Shown here in pieces: positions 29,604 to 38,577 of a stretch of 64,000 nt of DNA (position 1 is the stretch's first letter; every line of letters begins with the position of its first letter). The DNA is from an uncultured Collinsella sp. (GTDB taxonomy: Bacteria > Actinomycetota > Coriobacteriia > Coriobacteriales > Coriobacteriaceae), in assembly GCA_900544935.1 (NCBI GenBank), contig UQXB01000002.1:4110-68109 (forward strand). The letters run 5' to 3'. A model generated the notes under the pieces. The model had not been told where the DNA came from and did no database searches. It saw nothing but the letters and a program-made list of their open reading frames with translations. Made by a program: the position numbers and the translations under genes.

Positions 29604-29846
29604 TTTTGCATTACCGCGCAGCGGACTCCGGGCGAGGGCTGGAGCAAGTTGATGGAAGACCTTACCGATTTGCGGAAGGTTTTGCCCGAAGCATCCGGCA
29701 CCGCCGGATTCTTTTGGAACGGCCTCTCGTTTGATTGCTTTCCTATCGTTTGCTCCCAGACTGGGCGTCTAAAAAAGGCGGCCGAAACCGGCCGCCCGCA
29801 AATAAATATTTATTTACCGAATGTAAGAGGAGAGGAACGATGCACA

Positions 29847-30518
29847 TTACTCCCAGTGGCCGGCGACGTCGACAACCCAATGCTGCCCCGTAGCCTGCTG
29901 TTCATAATGTCCCTGGTCCTCAGATGTGGTATACGAATCGTTTACGACAGATCCTCCGATGCCGCCGTTGTCCATATCATTATGAGCCCACGAATAGGCG
30001 GCATCTTCGGAATCGAAGGGCCCTACCATAGTACCACCATGGTTGACCCAGAAACGAGGATGGCGCGTATACACTACATTCGGCACCCAGACCTGGCTGT
30101 AATCTGTCTCCCAGTGTCCCTGCTCGGCAACCCACTTCTTCTGGCTACCGCCGTTGGAAGAGGAATTGTTGCTGCCGGAACTCTGCGAATTGCTGGAATT
30201 CTGCTTGGAGTCGGAGGAGTTTCCCTTGCTGTCAGACTTCGACGAGTCGGAAGACTTGTTATCCTCTTTCTTGGAGTCATCGGACTTCTGGTCCTTGCCG
30301 TCGGATTCTTTCTTCTCCTCGTTCTTGGTTCCAGAGGCTTGCGCCGCCTTTTCTTCGCTCGGCTTCTTTTTGTCTTTATTCTTTACCGCTGTGACGGCCC
30401 TTTCCGTAGAGCCGCTTCCTTGCTTTGCAACGCTGGCACATCCAAGTTGAGGTGCCGAAAGGCACACCAGAAGCGCAACGATAATAGCCTTTGTTCTCAC
30501 ACCGATCTCCCTGCCCAT
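29847..30518 (-). CDS. Ser/Lys-rich secreted lipoprotein
   Basis: Signal peptide with lipobox-like LSAPQLGC-A. Long low-complexity KKPSEEK…SSDSSKSDSKGNSSDSKQNSS region. C-terminal globular Trp/His-rich domain. Confidence 0.55.
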   Translation of the reverse strand: MGREIGVRTKAIIVALLVCLSAPQLGCASVAKQGSGSTERAVTAVKNKDKKKPSEEKAAQASGTKNEEKKESDGKDQKSDDSKKEDNKSSDSSKSDSKGNSSDSKQNSSNSQSSGSNNSSSNGGSQKKWVAEQGHWETDYSQVWVPNVVYTRHPRFWVNHGGTMVGPFDSEDAAYSWAHNDMDNGGIGGSVVNDSYTTSEDQGHYEQQATGQHWVVDVAGHWE

Positions 30519-30565
30519 GAAACCGGGCGTTGGACACCAGCCGATATCCAACGCTCGGCTCGCTT

Positions 30566-33500
30566 TTACATCTGCTCGCGGCGCTTCTTTTGATCGAGGA
30601 AGACGCCGGCTGCCACGAGGACGGTACCGCCGATGACGAACGTCTCGCCGATGAGTCCCGCGCGGTCGCCGGTCTGGGCGAGGCTGCCGGGCTGGGCGGT
30701 ATCCGTGCCGGCGAGGTGCTTCGGGGTGTATGCCGCCTGCTGCTTTGCGGCCTCCTCTGCCTCCTGTCGTGCGATCTCATCGGAAAGCTTCTGCTCCGCC
30801 GCGATGCGGTCGGACTTCGCCGACTCGTAGGCGGCGAGTGCCGCATCATAGCCGGGCTGGAGCCCGTCCACCGCGGCCTGCTTCTCGTCCAGGATTGCCT
30901 TGGCGGGCGCGACCTTGGCACGTGCCTCGACTGCTGCGGCGAAAAGCGCGTTGAGGGCGTCATCCGCGTTCGCGTCATGGCCGGAAGCGATCGCCGCGCC
31001 GGCGTCGATGGAGTTCAGCTTCGACAGCTTGGCGTCTGCCTGCGCCTTCGCCTGCTCGGCGGCGGAGACCAGGGACTCGGCGGCGATGGCATCCGCCTTC
31101 GCGGCATCGAGGGCGGCCTTGGTGTCATTGACGGCCTTTACTGCATCCTGCTCGCGCTGCTGTGACTCTGCGAGCTTCGCGGCAAGGCCGGTGAGGATGT
31201 CGAGGTTCGACTGTGCGTCATCGAGATCGGTCTGGGAGCCGGTGAGCCTGTCGGCGGCAACGCCGGTGTCGGTCTTTGCGGCATCGACGGCACGCTGGGC
31301 ATCCGCGAGGGCGCGTGCGGTGGCGTCCGCCTTTTGCTCGGCGGCGGCGAGGACGGTCGCTTTCTCGGTCTGATCGGCTACCGCCGAGTCATGGACGCTC
31401 TTTGCTGTATCGAGCGCCTTCTTGGCGTCGGCGACGTCCTGGAAGAACTTCGCGAGGTCGGCGTTCGCATCGTCCACGCCCTGCTGCTTGGATGCGGTGT
31501 CCGCCTTGGCGGAGTCCAGCTTGGACTGTGCGGTCGTTACGGCTGCGTTGGCGGCATTAAAGGCGACCTGCTTCTGCTGGACGGTCGACTTTGCCGTATC
31601 GACGGCTACGTTGGCGGCATCGAGGTCCGATTTCGCCGCATCAAGCTCGGTCTGGGCATCCGTGACGCCCTGCTGCTTGGCGGCGACATCAGCCTTGGCT
31701 ACATCGACGGCACGCTGGGCATCGGTGACATCCTGCTTCGCGGCATCGACACCTGTCTGTGCGGCATCGAAGGCATCCTGCTTCTGCTGGACGGTTGCTG
31801 CGGCGCCGGCGGCTGCCTGCTGCTTGGATGCGAGATCGGCCTTGGCTGCGTCGAGTGCGCTCTTGGCGTTCTTGAGACCGTTGATATAGGAGGTCAGCTT
31901 CTGCTCGTACTCGTCGACGGAGATGGCTCCGGTATTCCAGCCCGAACCGGCCCAACCGCCGTATTGCAGCGTGAGCGAGAACGTCAAACGGGTGTCATCG
32001 TTCAGACCGCATCCCATGACAGCATAGTCAGGGTTGATGATGTTCATGTAATGACCGATACGGTAGTAATCGAACTTGTCCTGGTTGGCGTACCAGAAGT
32101 CGTAGGCGTCCTTTCCGGAAAGATTCGTCGCACCAAGGGATGCTGCAGTCTTGTCAAACAGATCCTTTTCCTGATAGATCCAGGCCTTGCAGGGGTCGCG
32201 ATAGCCCCAGGCAAGGTTTTCACCGACATCGAACTGCTGGGCATGCTCTACATTTTTCGTCGAATAGTTTGCATCTGCAATCGCTGCCGCAATGAGCTTA
32301 TAGCTTACCTCAAGCTCGGAAAGGCCGACGGACTTACGGTAGGCGTTCACGTTCTTCATGACCGTGATGGACGAAAGCATGTTTTCAAGGCCCGTTGCGT
32401 CGAGACTGTTTCCGATCTCGGTGTAGTCTTTGTACGTGCAGTTCTGGATGATCTCGATGGCTGAATCGGCACCCATGGCCTTGAAGAAACCGATGGCTCC
32501 CTGCTTGAGCTGCGCGTCTGCGAGATCCACCTTCGTTTGTGCCTCGTCGACCTTCTGCTGGGCGGCGGTCACGGCCGCGTCTGCGGTATCCTTTGCGGTC
32601 TTGGCGTTCGCGAGCTCTACGTCTGCGGCTGCCTTGGCGGACTCGGCGTCCTTGACAGCCTGCTTCGCGGCGTCCAGCTTGGCGACGGCGTCGGCATTCG
32701 CCTGCGTGGCGGCATCGAGGTCGGCGTTCGCGGCATCGAGTGCGGACTGGGCGGCGTTCACGCCGGATTCGGCATCGGTCGCGGCCTGCTGCTTCGCGGA
32801 GAAGGACGCCTGGGCATCGTTCAGTTCGGTCTGTGCCGTTGCTGCAGCGGACTGCGCCTGCTCGAGCTCGGACTCGCACTGGGACTGTGTCGCTTGTGCG
32901 GCAGCGAGGGCTGCCTCTGCGTCCGCGACCTTCTGTTTTGCCGCATCGTACTCCGGACCGCTGGCGCCTGCCTCCGCTGCGGCGAGGTCGGTTTTCGCCT
33001 TCTCGTAGGCGGCGCTGGCGGCTGCGGCCTTCGCATCCGCTGCGTCCTTGTTCTGCTGGGCTGCGACAAGGACGGCATCGGCGGCATCCTTGGCAGACTG
33101 GGCCGCAACCAGCTTGGACTGGGCATCGGCAAGCGTCGCGTTGGCGTTGTCAAGTTCGGCCTGTGCCCTGCTCACGGCATCCGTGGCGTCGCGCACGGCC
33201 TGCTCGGCGGCACTGATTGCCTCCGGGGTGGCGCTTACGGCATCTGCCTTGGCTTTATCGAGGGCATCCTTGGCATCCTGGGCCGCCTTGAGGGCGGACT
33301 GGTACGCTTCGTCCTTCTCGGACGCATCTGCCTTGGCGTCTGCGAGACCCGCCTTCGCCTGCTCGAGGTCCTTGCCGGCGGCATCGGCGACGTCCTTGCC
33401 CTCCGCGACCTGACGGGCGTACTCGTCCATCGCCGCACGGTCGGCTGCCGTGCCGGCGCTGACCGCCGAATCGTAGGATGCCTTGGCCTGGTCGCGGGCG

Positions 33501-33865
33501 GAAGCCGCCTCGTTGTAGGGACCGGCGGCCTCATCGTAGGATGCCTTGGCGGCGTCCTCCTTCGCCTTCGCCTCGTCGACTGCCTTCTGCAGGTCCGCGA
33601 TGGTCTGTGCGGCGGATTTCGCGCCGGTACCGGATGCCGCGCCGGCGTGGGCGGCGATCGGCGACATCACGGCGGGGTGCTGTGTGCCCCCGTCACCGGT
33701 CTGGGCGAATGCCGTGAACGGTGAGATGAGGCTCGATCCGGTCATGGCGGCCATGGTCGCCGCGGTGACGGTCAGACGCGCGATCCCCTTCGGAGTGTGA
33801 ATCTTTTTGTTTGGCAGTGCGGCGAAGTGATCGCCGCCGACAGCGAAATGCTTTCCCTGAGTCAT
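30566..33865 (-). CDS. 1099-aa sortase-anchored (LAQTG) coiled-coil surface protein with embedded CAP/SCP/PR-1-like domain
   Basis: AAGGAA RBS. N-terminal signal peptide. Hundreds of residues of Ala/Asp/Lys/Gln-rich repeats (AKADxxxAxxxLDxAK…). Central globular region with CAP-like motifs (VGENLAWGY, IGHYMNIINP). C-terminal LAQTG followed by a hydrophobic stretch and a KKRREQ tail. Confidence 0.7.
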   Translation of the reverse strand: MTQGKHFAVGGDHFAALPNKKIHTPKGIARLTVTAATMAAMTGSSLISPFTAFAQTGDGGTQHPAVMSPIAAHAGAASGTGAKSAAQTIADLQKAVDEAKAKEDAAKASYDEAAGPYNEAASARDQAKASYDSAVSAGTAADRAAMDEYARQVAEGKDVADAAGKDLEQAKAGLADAKADASEKDEAYQSALKAAQDAKDALDKAKADAVSATPEAISAAEQAVRDATDAVSRAQAELDNANATLADAQSKLVAAQSAKDAADAVLVAAQQNKDAADAKAAAASAAYEKAKTDLAAAEAGASGPEYDAAKQKVADAEAALAAAQATQSQCESELEQAQSAAATAQTELNDAQASFSAKQQAATDAESGVNAAQSALDAANADLDAATQANADAVAKLDAAKQAVKDAESAKAAADVELANAKTAKDTADAAVTAAQQKVDEAQTKVDLADAQLKQGAIGFFKAMGADSAIEIIQNCTYKDYTEIGNSLDATGLENMLSSITVMKNVNAYRKSVGLSELEVSYKLIAAAIADANYSTKNVEHAQQFDVGENLAWGYRDPCKAWIYQEKDLFDKTAASLGATNLSGKDAYDFWYANQDKFDYYRIGHYMNIINPDYAVMGCGLNDDTRLTFSLTLQYGGWAGSGWNTGAISVDEYEQKLTSYINGLKNAKSALDAAKADLASKQQAAAGAAATVQQKQDAFDAAQTGVDAAKQDVTDAQRAVDVAKADVAAKQQGVTDAQTELDAAKSDLDAANVAVDTAKSTVQQKQVAFNAANAAVTTAQSKLDSAKADTASKQQGVDDANADLAKFFQDVADAKKALDTAKSVHDSAVADQTEKATVLAAAEQKADATARALADAQRAVDAAKTDTGVAADRLTGSQTDLDDAQSNLDILTGLAAKLAESQQREQDAVKAVNDTKAALDAAKADAIAAESLVSAAEQAKAQADAKLSKLNSIDAGAAIASGHDANADDALNALFAAAVEARAKVAPAKAILDEKQAAVDGLQPGYDAALAAYESAKSDRIAAEQKLSDEIARQEAEEAAKQQAAYTPKHLAGTDTAQPGSLAQTGDRAGLIGETFVIGGTVLVAAGVFLDQKKRREQM

Positions 33866-33987
33866 TGCTATTCCATTCCTTTTCCGTGCCCTATCCGACT
33901 GGGCATCAGAGTGCTTTCCAATAGAGATAATTATGCGCCTTAACTGGGATTGTTGTATATAGTCCGTTGGCATAAATACAACAATCC

Positions 33988-34236
33988 ATGACTCTTTTTG
34001 TCATGGATATCTCGCCGCTACAACAATCCTTTGGTCTACGCTGCAAAGAACTCAGATCAGAGTCTGGTTACTCACAAGAGCAATTTGCGAACCGCATTGA
34101 CATGGACAGGTCTTACTACGCCTCGATAGAGGTCGGGCGAAGAAATGTCAGTCTTTCTAACCTCTCTAAAATTGCCAATGGATTCAACATATCAATTGCT
34201 GCACTTATGACTGGTGTCACTGATAAAAAGGATTAG
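33988..34236 (+). CDS. XRE-family (Cro/CI-type) HTH transcriptional regulator
   Basis: LRCKELRSESGYSQEQFANRIDMDRSYYASIEVGRRNVSLSNLSKIANGF is a canonical HTH_3. Confidence 0.7.
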   Translation: MTLFVMDISPLQQSFGLRCKELRSESGYSQEQFANRIDMDRSYYASIEVGRRNVSLSNLSKIANGFNISIAALMTGVTDKKD

Positions 34237-34386
34237 TCCATCATCAGCGAACGCAGTGAGCGTATCAATCGACGGCGTAGCCGGCGGCAAGGACACGGTA
34301 CGTGGCCGCGCAGCGAGCTTTGCGAGCGAAGGGGACGGCATCGCCGTCCCTATTTCTTTCTAATCTATTTCTCTATATATTGGTTT

Positions 34387-34550
34387 CACCAAAATGGGTA
34401 TGAAACAAGCTTCTGAACAGGCTTTTTATCAGAGAATTCAAAGCTGCCGAATCATCAAAATGGTGATATTTTTTACCCAAAAGAGGGAAGCGCGTCACCA
34501 AAATGGAACCGACTAACAGCTGTTGAAAACTTTTATCCCCAAAATGGTGA
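34387..34550. repeat. four copies of CAAAATGG(G/T)(G/A) in an AT-rich stretch next to attR (candidate arm-type or regulator binding sites)
   Basis: caccAAAATGGgta (34387-), catcAAAATGGtga (34453-), caccAAAATGGaac (34496-), ccccAAAATGGtga (34537-). Confidence 0.45.
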
Positions 34551-34679
34551 TTTCCTGTTTTCAGTGGAAAACTCGGGAAGTCATAATATTTACTTACCAG
34601 ATTTACAAACGGAAGCGGTTCTTAACCCCAAAACCAGAACAGGTCAGAAGCAAAAATAACTCCTGACCTGCGATTTTCC

Positions 34680-34755
34680 TGGTGCCCCCGGGCGGATTCG
34701 AACCGTCGACACCCGCTTTAGGAGAGCGGTGCTCTATCCCCTGAGCTACGGAGGC
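34680..34755 (-). tRNA. tRNA-Arg (anticodon CCT); attR / integration target
   Basis: Reverse complement GCCTCCGTAGCTCAGGGGATAGAGCACCGCTCTCCTAAAGCGGGTGTCGACGGTTCGAATCCGCCCGGGGGCACCA gives a cloverleaf with anticodon loop CUCCUAA and encoded CCA. Confidence 0.85.
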
Positions 34756-34813
34756 ATGTTGTACTAGTGTAGCAGATTTACTGCATCGCCATACGTCGCA
34801 TGACTAGACTTCG

Positions 34814-34882
34814 AAGTTGCGGTGGAATAGTTCCTGTCTGAAGCATCTAAAGCCGTATTTAGAAACTATTTCACTGCAACTT
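34814..34882. repeat. intergenic long palindrome family, copy 1 (conserved AAGTTGCGGTGGAATAG arms)
   Basis: AAGTTGCGGTGGAATAGTT…AACTATTTCACTGCAACTT with an inner secondary palindrome TCTAAAGCCGTATTTAGA. Confidence 0.5.
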
Positions 34883-34890
34883 ATGAGGAG

Positions 34891-35289
34891 CTAGTTGCCT
34901 TTGTGGAAGAGGCTTTTGATGACGGAGGGGATGCTCTTGGCGCCCTTGGCGGTCACATCGATAAAGTCGGGCGAACGCACGAGCTTATCCTCGTCGACGT
35001 ACTTGCGGACCGCGCGAAGCGTCTCTTTGTCGTCGCGCGTCGAAAACGTAAAGTGACCGTTGTCCTTGGTGAAGATGGCAAAACGCGTAATCTTCTTGGT
35101 GCCGCGCAAAACCTCGGCGGCAATATAGTCGACCTCGTCCCACGGGATTTGAATATAATCCTCGGGATTGCGCTCGTTATAGTACTCGAACGCCTTATTG
35201 CCCACCATCACGTTACCGTGGCTGGTAAGCCCCATCAGGCAGGTTGCCGGCGTTGCCAGATCGACCGTGCTGTTCTGAGATTGCGCCAT
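34891..35289 (-). CDS. DUF956-family protein (ManO-like, mannose PTS operon accessory)
   Basis: Sequence …NERNPEDYIQIPWDEVDYIAAEV…FTFSTRDDKETL. Lies directly downstream of the PTS IID gene. ATG at 35289 with GGAGG upstream. Confidence 0.6.
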   Translation of the reverse strand: MAQSQNSTVDLATPATCLMGLTSHGNVMVGNKAFEYYNERNPEDYIQIPWDEVDYIAAEVLRGTKKITRFAIFTKDNGHFTFSTRDDKETLRAVRKYVDEDKLVRSPDFIDVTAKGAKSIPSVIKSLFHKGN

Positions 35290-35409
35290 ACGCGCCTCGC
35301 CCTCCAATAAAAACAATCGGACCGCATCCAGTGTACCCACCGGGTGCGGTCCGTTTCAATGGCTCAAAAGCCCTTACCTAGCAACTCTCGGTCTTAAGCC
35401 GAAGCGTGC

Positions 35410-36330
35410 TTACATGAAGCCGCAGAAGCGACCGATGATGCCGACGGCGAAGAGAGCCAGGATGATGACGATCGGGCTAACCTTCTTCTTGAGGAGCTTG
35501 CAGACCAGCAGGGTCAGGCACACGGCGGCAAGGCCGGGGATGAGCTGATCGAGGTTACCCTGGAGCGTGGTGACCTTCATCTGATCAAGGGCGGTAGCAC
35601 CGACGGAGTTGTACATCGTCAGCGCTTCCTTGATACCCTCGGAACCGGAGGGCAGGCTAGCCCAGTCGATAAAGGCGCCAGCAGACTGCTTGACCGTGGA
35701 GACAATCGGGGTGAAGGAAATGGACACCCAGCGCTCGACCAGGGCGCCGATGATGAACATACCCAGGATGGAAGCGCCCTCGGTGACCTTGCCCATCAGA
35801 CCGCCGGAGAGGTCCTTGGCGATAGAGGAGCCGACCTTGTAGCCAAACTCCTGTGTGTACCACAGGAAAGCGTAACGGATGATGTTCCACGCGAAGAAGA
35901 ACAGCAGCGGACCGACGATGCTGCCGGACATGGCCAGGGAAGCGCCCAGAGCGCCCAGAATCGGGCGAAGGGTGAACCAGAAGACGGGGTCACCGACGCC
36001 GGCGAGCGGGCCCATCATACCGACCTTGACGCCCTGGATGGCGACGTCATCGATCGGAGCACCGTTGGCGCGCTCCTCCTCGAGGGCGAGGGTAACGCCA
36101 ATGACGGGGGCGGAAACATAGGGGTGGGTGTTATAGAACTCCAGGTGGCGCTTAAGAGCGGCAATCTGGTCATCCTTGCTGGTGTAGAGCTTCTTGATCG
36201 CAGGGATCATTGCGAAGCACCAGCCGCCGTTCTGCATACGCTCGTAGTTCCACGAGCCCTGAAGGAACTGATGACGGAAGCAAACCTTCTTACGGTCAGC
36301 CTTGGTGAGCTGAATCTTGTTCTCTGCCAT
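35410..36330 (-). CDS. manZ: PTS mannose/fructose/sorbose family IID component
   Basis: FRHQFLQGSWNYERMQNGGWCFAMIPAIKKLY… is typical IID. Confidence 0.85.
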   Translation of the reverse strand: MAENKIQLTKADRKKVCFRHQFLQGSWNYERMQNGGWCFAMIPAIKKLYTSKDDQIAALKRHLEFYNTHPYVSAPVIGVTLALEEERANGAPIDDVAIQGVKVGMMGPLAGVGDPVFWFTLRPILGALGASLAMSGSIVGPLLFFFAWNIIRYAFLWYTQEFGYKVGSSIAKDLSGGLMGKVTEGASILGMFIIGALVERWVSISFTPIVSTVKQSAGAFIDWASLPSGSEGIKEALTMYNSVGATALDQMKVTTLQGNLDQLIPGLAAVCLTLLVCKLLKKKVSPIVIILALFAVGIIGRFCGFM

Positions 36331-36346
36331 ATGTATCACTCCCCTC

Positions 36347-37165
36347 CTACTCGTAATCGTTCAGAATGTCGCCGAGCGGGTCGCCGGAGCCACCGCCCAT
36401 GCCGCCACCCTGCTTGGCCAGATCCTTAAGGCCAAGGTAGATGAGGGCAAGGGAGATGCCGATGAGGCCAAGGGCGATCAGCGTGAGCTGAGGGATGGCA
36501 GCAAGGACAAAGCCGAGGATAAAGAACGGCCAGGTCTCCTTGGTGGCCATCATGTTGATGACCATGGCGTAACCGACGGAAGCGACCATGCCGCCGCCGA
36601 CGGCCATGCCGCCGGACAGCCAGTCGGGCATAGCGTTAAGCGCGTTGGTAACAGCCTCGGCCGGGATGACGCACAGAAGTACTGCCGGGATGGCGATACG
36701 AAGGCCCTGCATGAGGATGGCAGCGTACTGCCAGCGCTCGATGCCGGAGAAGTCGCCCTTCTCGGCGCAACCGTCCATGGCGTGAGCGATAGCGGTAGCA
36801 ATGGTACGGCAGATCATGGTCAGGAACAGACCAGCGACCGACAGCGGGACGGCGACGGCGATGGCCGCGGTAACGGCCTTGGCCGAATCAGTGGCGCCGC
36901 CGTTGAGGGCGAGCACCATGATGATCGAAGAAGCGACCGAGGCCAGAGCGGCGTCAGGCGCGACGGCGGCGCCAACGTTAGCCCAGCCAAGGGCCATCAT
37001 CTGGAGCGAACCGCCCAGGAGGATGCCCTCCTGAAGGTGACCGGTTACGAGACCGATAAGCGTGCATGCCACGAGCGGCTGATGGAACTGGAACTCATCC
37101 AGAATGCCTTCCATACCGGCAAGCAACGCGACAATCGCAACAAGCAGAATAGTGATTGCAGACAT
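36347..37165 (-). CDS. manY: PTS mannose-family IIC component
   Basis: Polytopic membrane protein. MSAITILLVAIVALLAGMEGILDEFQFHQPLVACTLIGLVTG is typical IIC. Confidence 0.85.
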   Translation of the reverse strand: MSAITILLVAIVALLAGMEGILDEFQFHQPLVACTLIGLVTGHLQEGILLGGSLQMMALGWANVGAAVAPDAALASVASSIIMVLALNGGATDSAKAVTAAIAVAVPLSVAGLFLTMICRTIATAIAHAMDGCAEKGDFSGIERWQYAAILMQGLRIAIPAVLLCVIPAEAVTNALNAMPDWLSGGMAVGGGMVASVGYAMVINMMATKETWPFFILGFVLAAIPQLTLIALGLIGISLALIYLGLKDLAKQGGGMGGGSGDPLGDILNDYE

Positions 37166-37183
37166 GTATCGGACCCTCCTTTA

Positions 37184-38176
37184 CTATGCTTGAGCGGCCA
37201 GTTCGGCCTTAGCTTTCTTCAACATGGCGTCGAGATCCTCGGAGGCATCCGAAGGAACCTTGCGGACCTCGAACTTGACGCCCTTGGCCTTGAGGGCCTC
37301 GAGGGTCTTAACGTCGTCATCGCCCATAGCGACGGCGTTGGTGACGACGACCTTGCCCTTGGAGTGAGCCATGGAACCGATGTTGACTTCCTTGATGTCG
37401 ACGCCGGCCTCGATGGCCTTGAGCAGATCCTGCGGGTTCTCGAAGAGCAGCATGGCCTTGGTGTCACCAAAACGCGTGTCCTTGACGACCTCAGCCATCT
37501 TCTTGATGGGCACGACGTTGGCATGGACTCCCGGAGGGGCAGCCTGCTCGATCATGGTCTTGCGGAGCTCGTCGTGAGCAACGCCGTCGGAAACCACGAT
37601 GATGCGGTTGGGGTTGATCTGCTTGGTCCACGTGGTGGCCACCTGACCATGCAGCAGACGGGTGTCGATACGGACGTGGGCGATCTTGATGTGCCCGTCG
37701 CCGATGACCGTTCCCGGAGGGATGGCGCCTGCAGGAGCAGCGGCGGCCACAGCCGGCTTCTTCTCCTCGGGCTCCAGAGACTCGGGCTTGACGCGCACGC
37801 CAGCCTTTGCCTCAGTCACGAGATGTTTTGCGATCGCATGTGCAGTGTTCTTTGCATCAAAGCGCTGCGAATATGCCTCGATGAGCATAGGCAGGTTGAC
37901 ACCGGTGACGATAGCCCAGGAATCATGGCCCTCGATGAGCCCGCTAATCTGGTTGAACGGCGTGCCGCCCCACAGATCAACGAGGAAGAGCACCTGCTCC
38001 TGGTCCTCGAAGGAAGCGATTGCTTCCTCGACCTTGGCACGGAAGTCGTCGGGGCCCATGCTCGGCTCGAGCGAGACCACGGCCACAGACGGCTGATCGC
38101 CAAAGACCATCGAGCCCGTCTGCTTGATTCCAGCTGCCAAGTCCCCGTGGCTAGCAAGAACAATACTTACCATCAC
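37184..38176 (-). CDS. manX: PTS mannose-family fused IIA-IIB component
   Basis: N-terminal IIA (IVLASHGDLAAG…, phospho-His region) and C-terminal IIB (HVRIDTRLLHGQVATTWTKQINPNRIIVVSD). Confidence 0.8.
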   Translation of the reverse strand: MMVSIVLASHGDLAAGIKQTGSMVFGDQPSVAVVSLEPSMGPDDFRAKVEEAIASFEDQEQVLFLVDLWGGTPFNQISGLIEGHDSWAIVTGVNLPMLIEAYSQRFDAKNTAHAIAKHLVTEAKAGVRVKPESLEPEEKKPAVAAAAPAGAIPPGTVIGDGHIKIAHVRIDTRLLHGQVATTWTKQINPNRIIVVSDGVAHDELRKTMIEQAAPPGVHANVVPIKKMAEVVKDTRFGDTKAMLLFENPQDLLKAIEAGVDIKEVNIGSMAHSKGKVVVTNAVAMGDDDVKTLEALKAKGVKFEVRKVPSDASEDLDAMLKKAKAELAAQA

Positions 38177-38498
38177 ATAACCTCCTTTTTGTCTACGTAA
38201 TTCCTACACGACATGAAGGAAGTATACCTGTTTGGTTTGTGGAATTATAGCTAAATTCGTAAAAGGTTGCATTATTTGTTTAAACGTCTAAGTTTGTTAC
38301 AAGTTGATTACGTTACTGCTTTTTGACTCATTACCCGCCAAGGCGTCGCTCATCAAGCCACGCATTTTACAGATACAAGCAGACTGTTCATTAATATCGA
38401 TTTTAAGCAAGTGCGAATGCACTTGTACTGCCGCTACTTTGTTCAAACAGGTATGACTTGACTATTTGCGCGACTTATGATCTACGAAACACTCAAAA

Positions 38499-38567
38499 AA
38501 GTTGCGGTGGAATAGTTCTTGTTTAAGAGCCAGAAGGCTGGATTTAGGAACTATTTCACCGCAACTT
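38499..38567. repeat. intergenic long palindrome family, copy 2
   Basis: AAGTTGCGGTGGAATAGTTCTT…AGGAACTATTTCACCGCAACTT. Lies between the hypA stop and the PTS promoter region. Confidence 0.5.
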
Positions 38568-38577
38568 ATAGGGGATC

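Larger units (their letters stand above)
21346..34755. mobile_element. about 13.4-kb integrative mobilizable element inserted at tRNA-Arg(CCT)
   Basis: Flanked by the 46-bp direct repeat. Carries integrase, xis-like HTH, MobC plus relaxase, an oriT-like hairpin, an XRE regulator and arm-type repeats. The integrase end is AT-rich. Cargo: three metallophosphoesterases, a coiled-coil protein, a mini-peptide, a lipoprotein and a CAP-domain LAxTG surface protein. Confidence 0.7.

Noticed and set aside
29544-30593. 349-aa plus ORF overlapping the lipoprotein gene
   Set aside because: Antisense to a gene with signal peptide and lipobox. Low-complexity Leu/Phe-rich product from the Ser/Lys-rich repeats.
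31334-33724. Several long plus-strand ORFs (31334..32464, 32537..33724 and others) opposite the surface-protein gene
   Set aside because: Artefacts of the repetitive GC-rich coiled-coil coding repeats on the other strand: Leu/Gly/Arg/Cys-rich, no RBS, no domain features.
36317-38200. 627-aa plus ORF antisense to the PTS manX-manY-manZ genes
   Set aside because: Spans three bona fide minus-strand genes. Composition is not protein-like.
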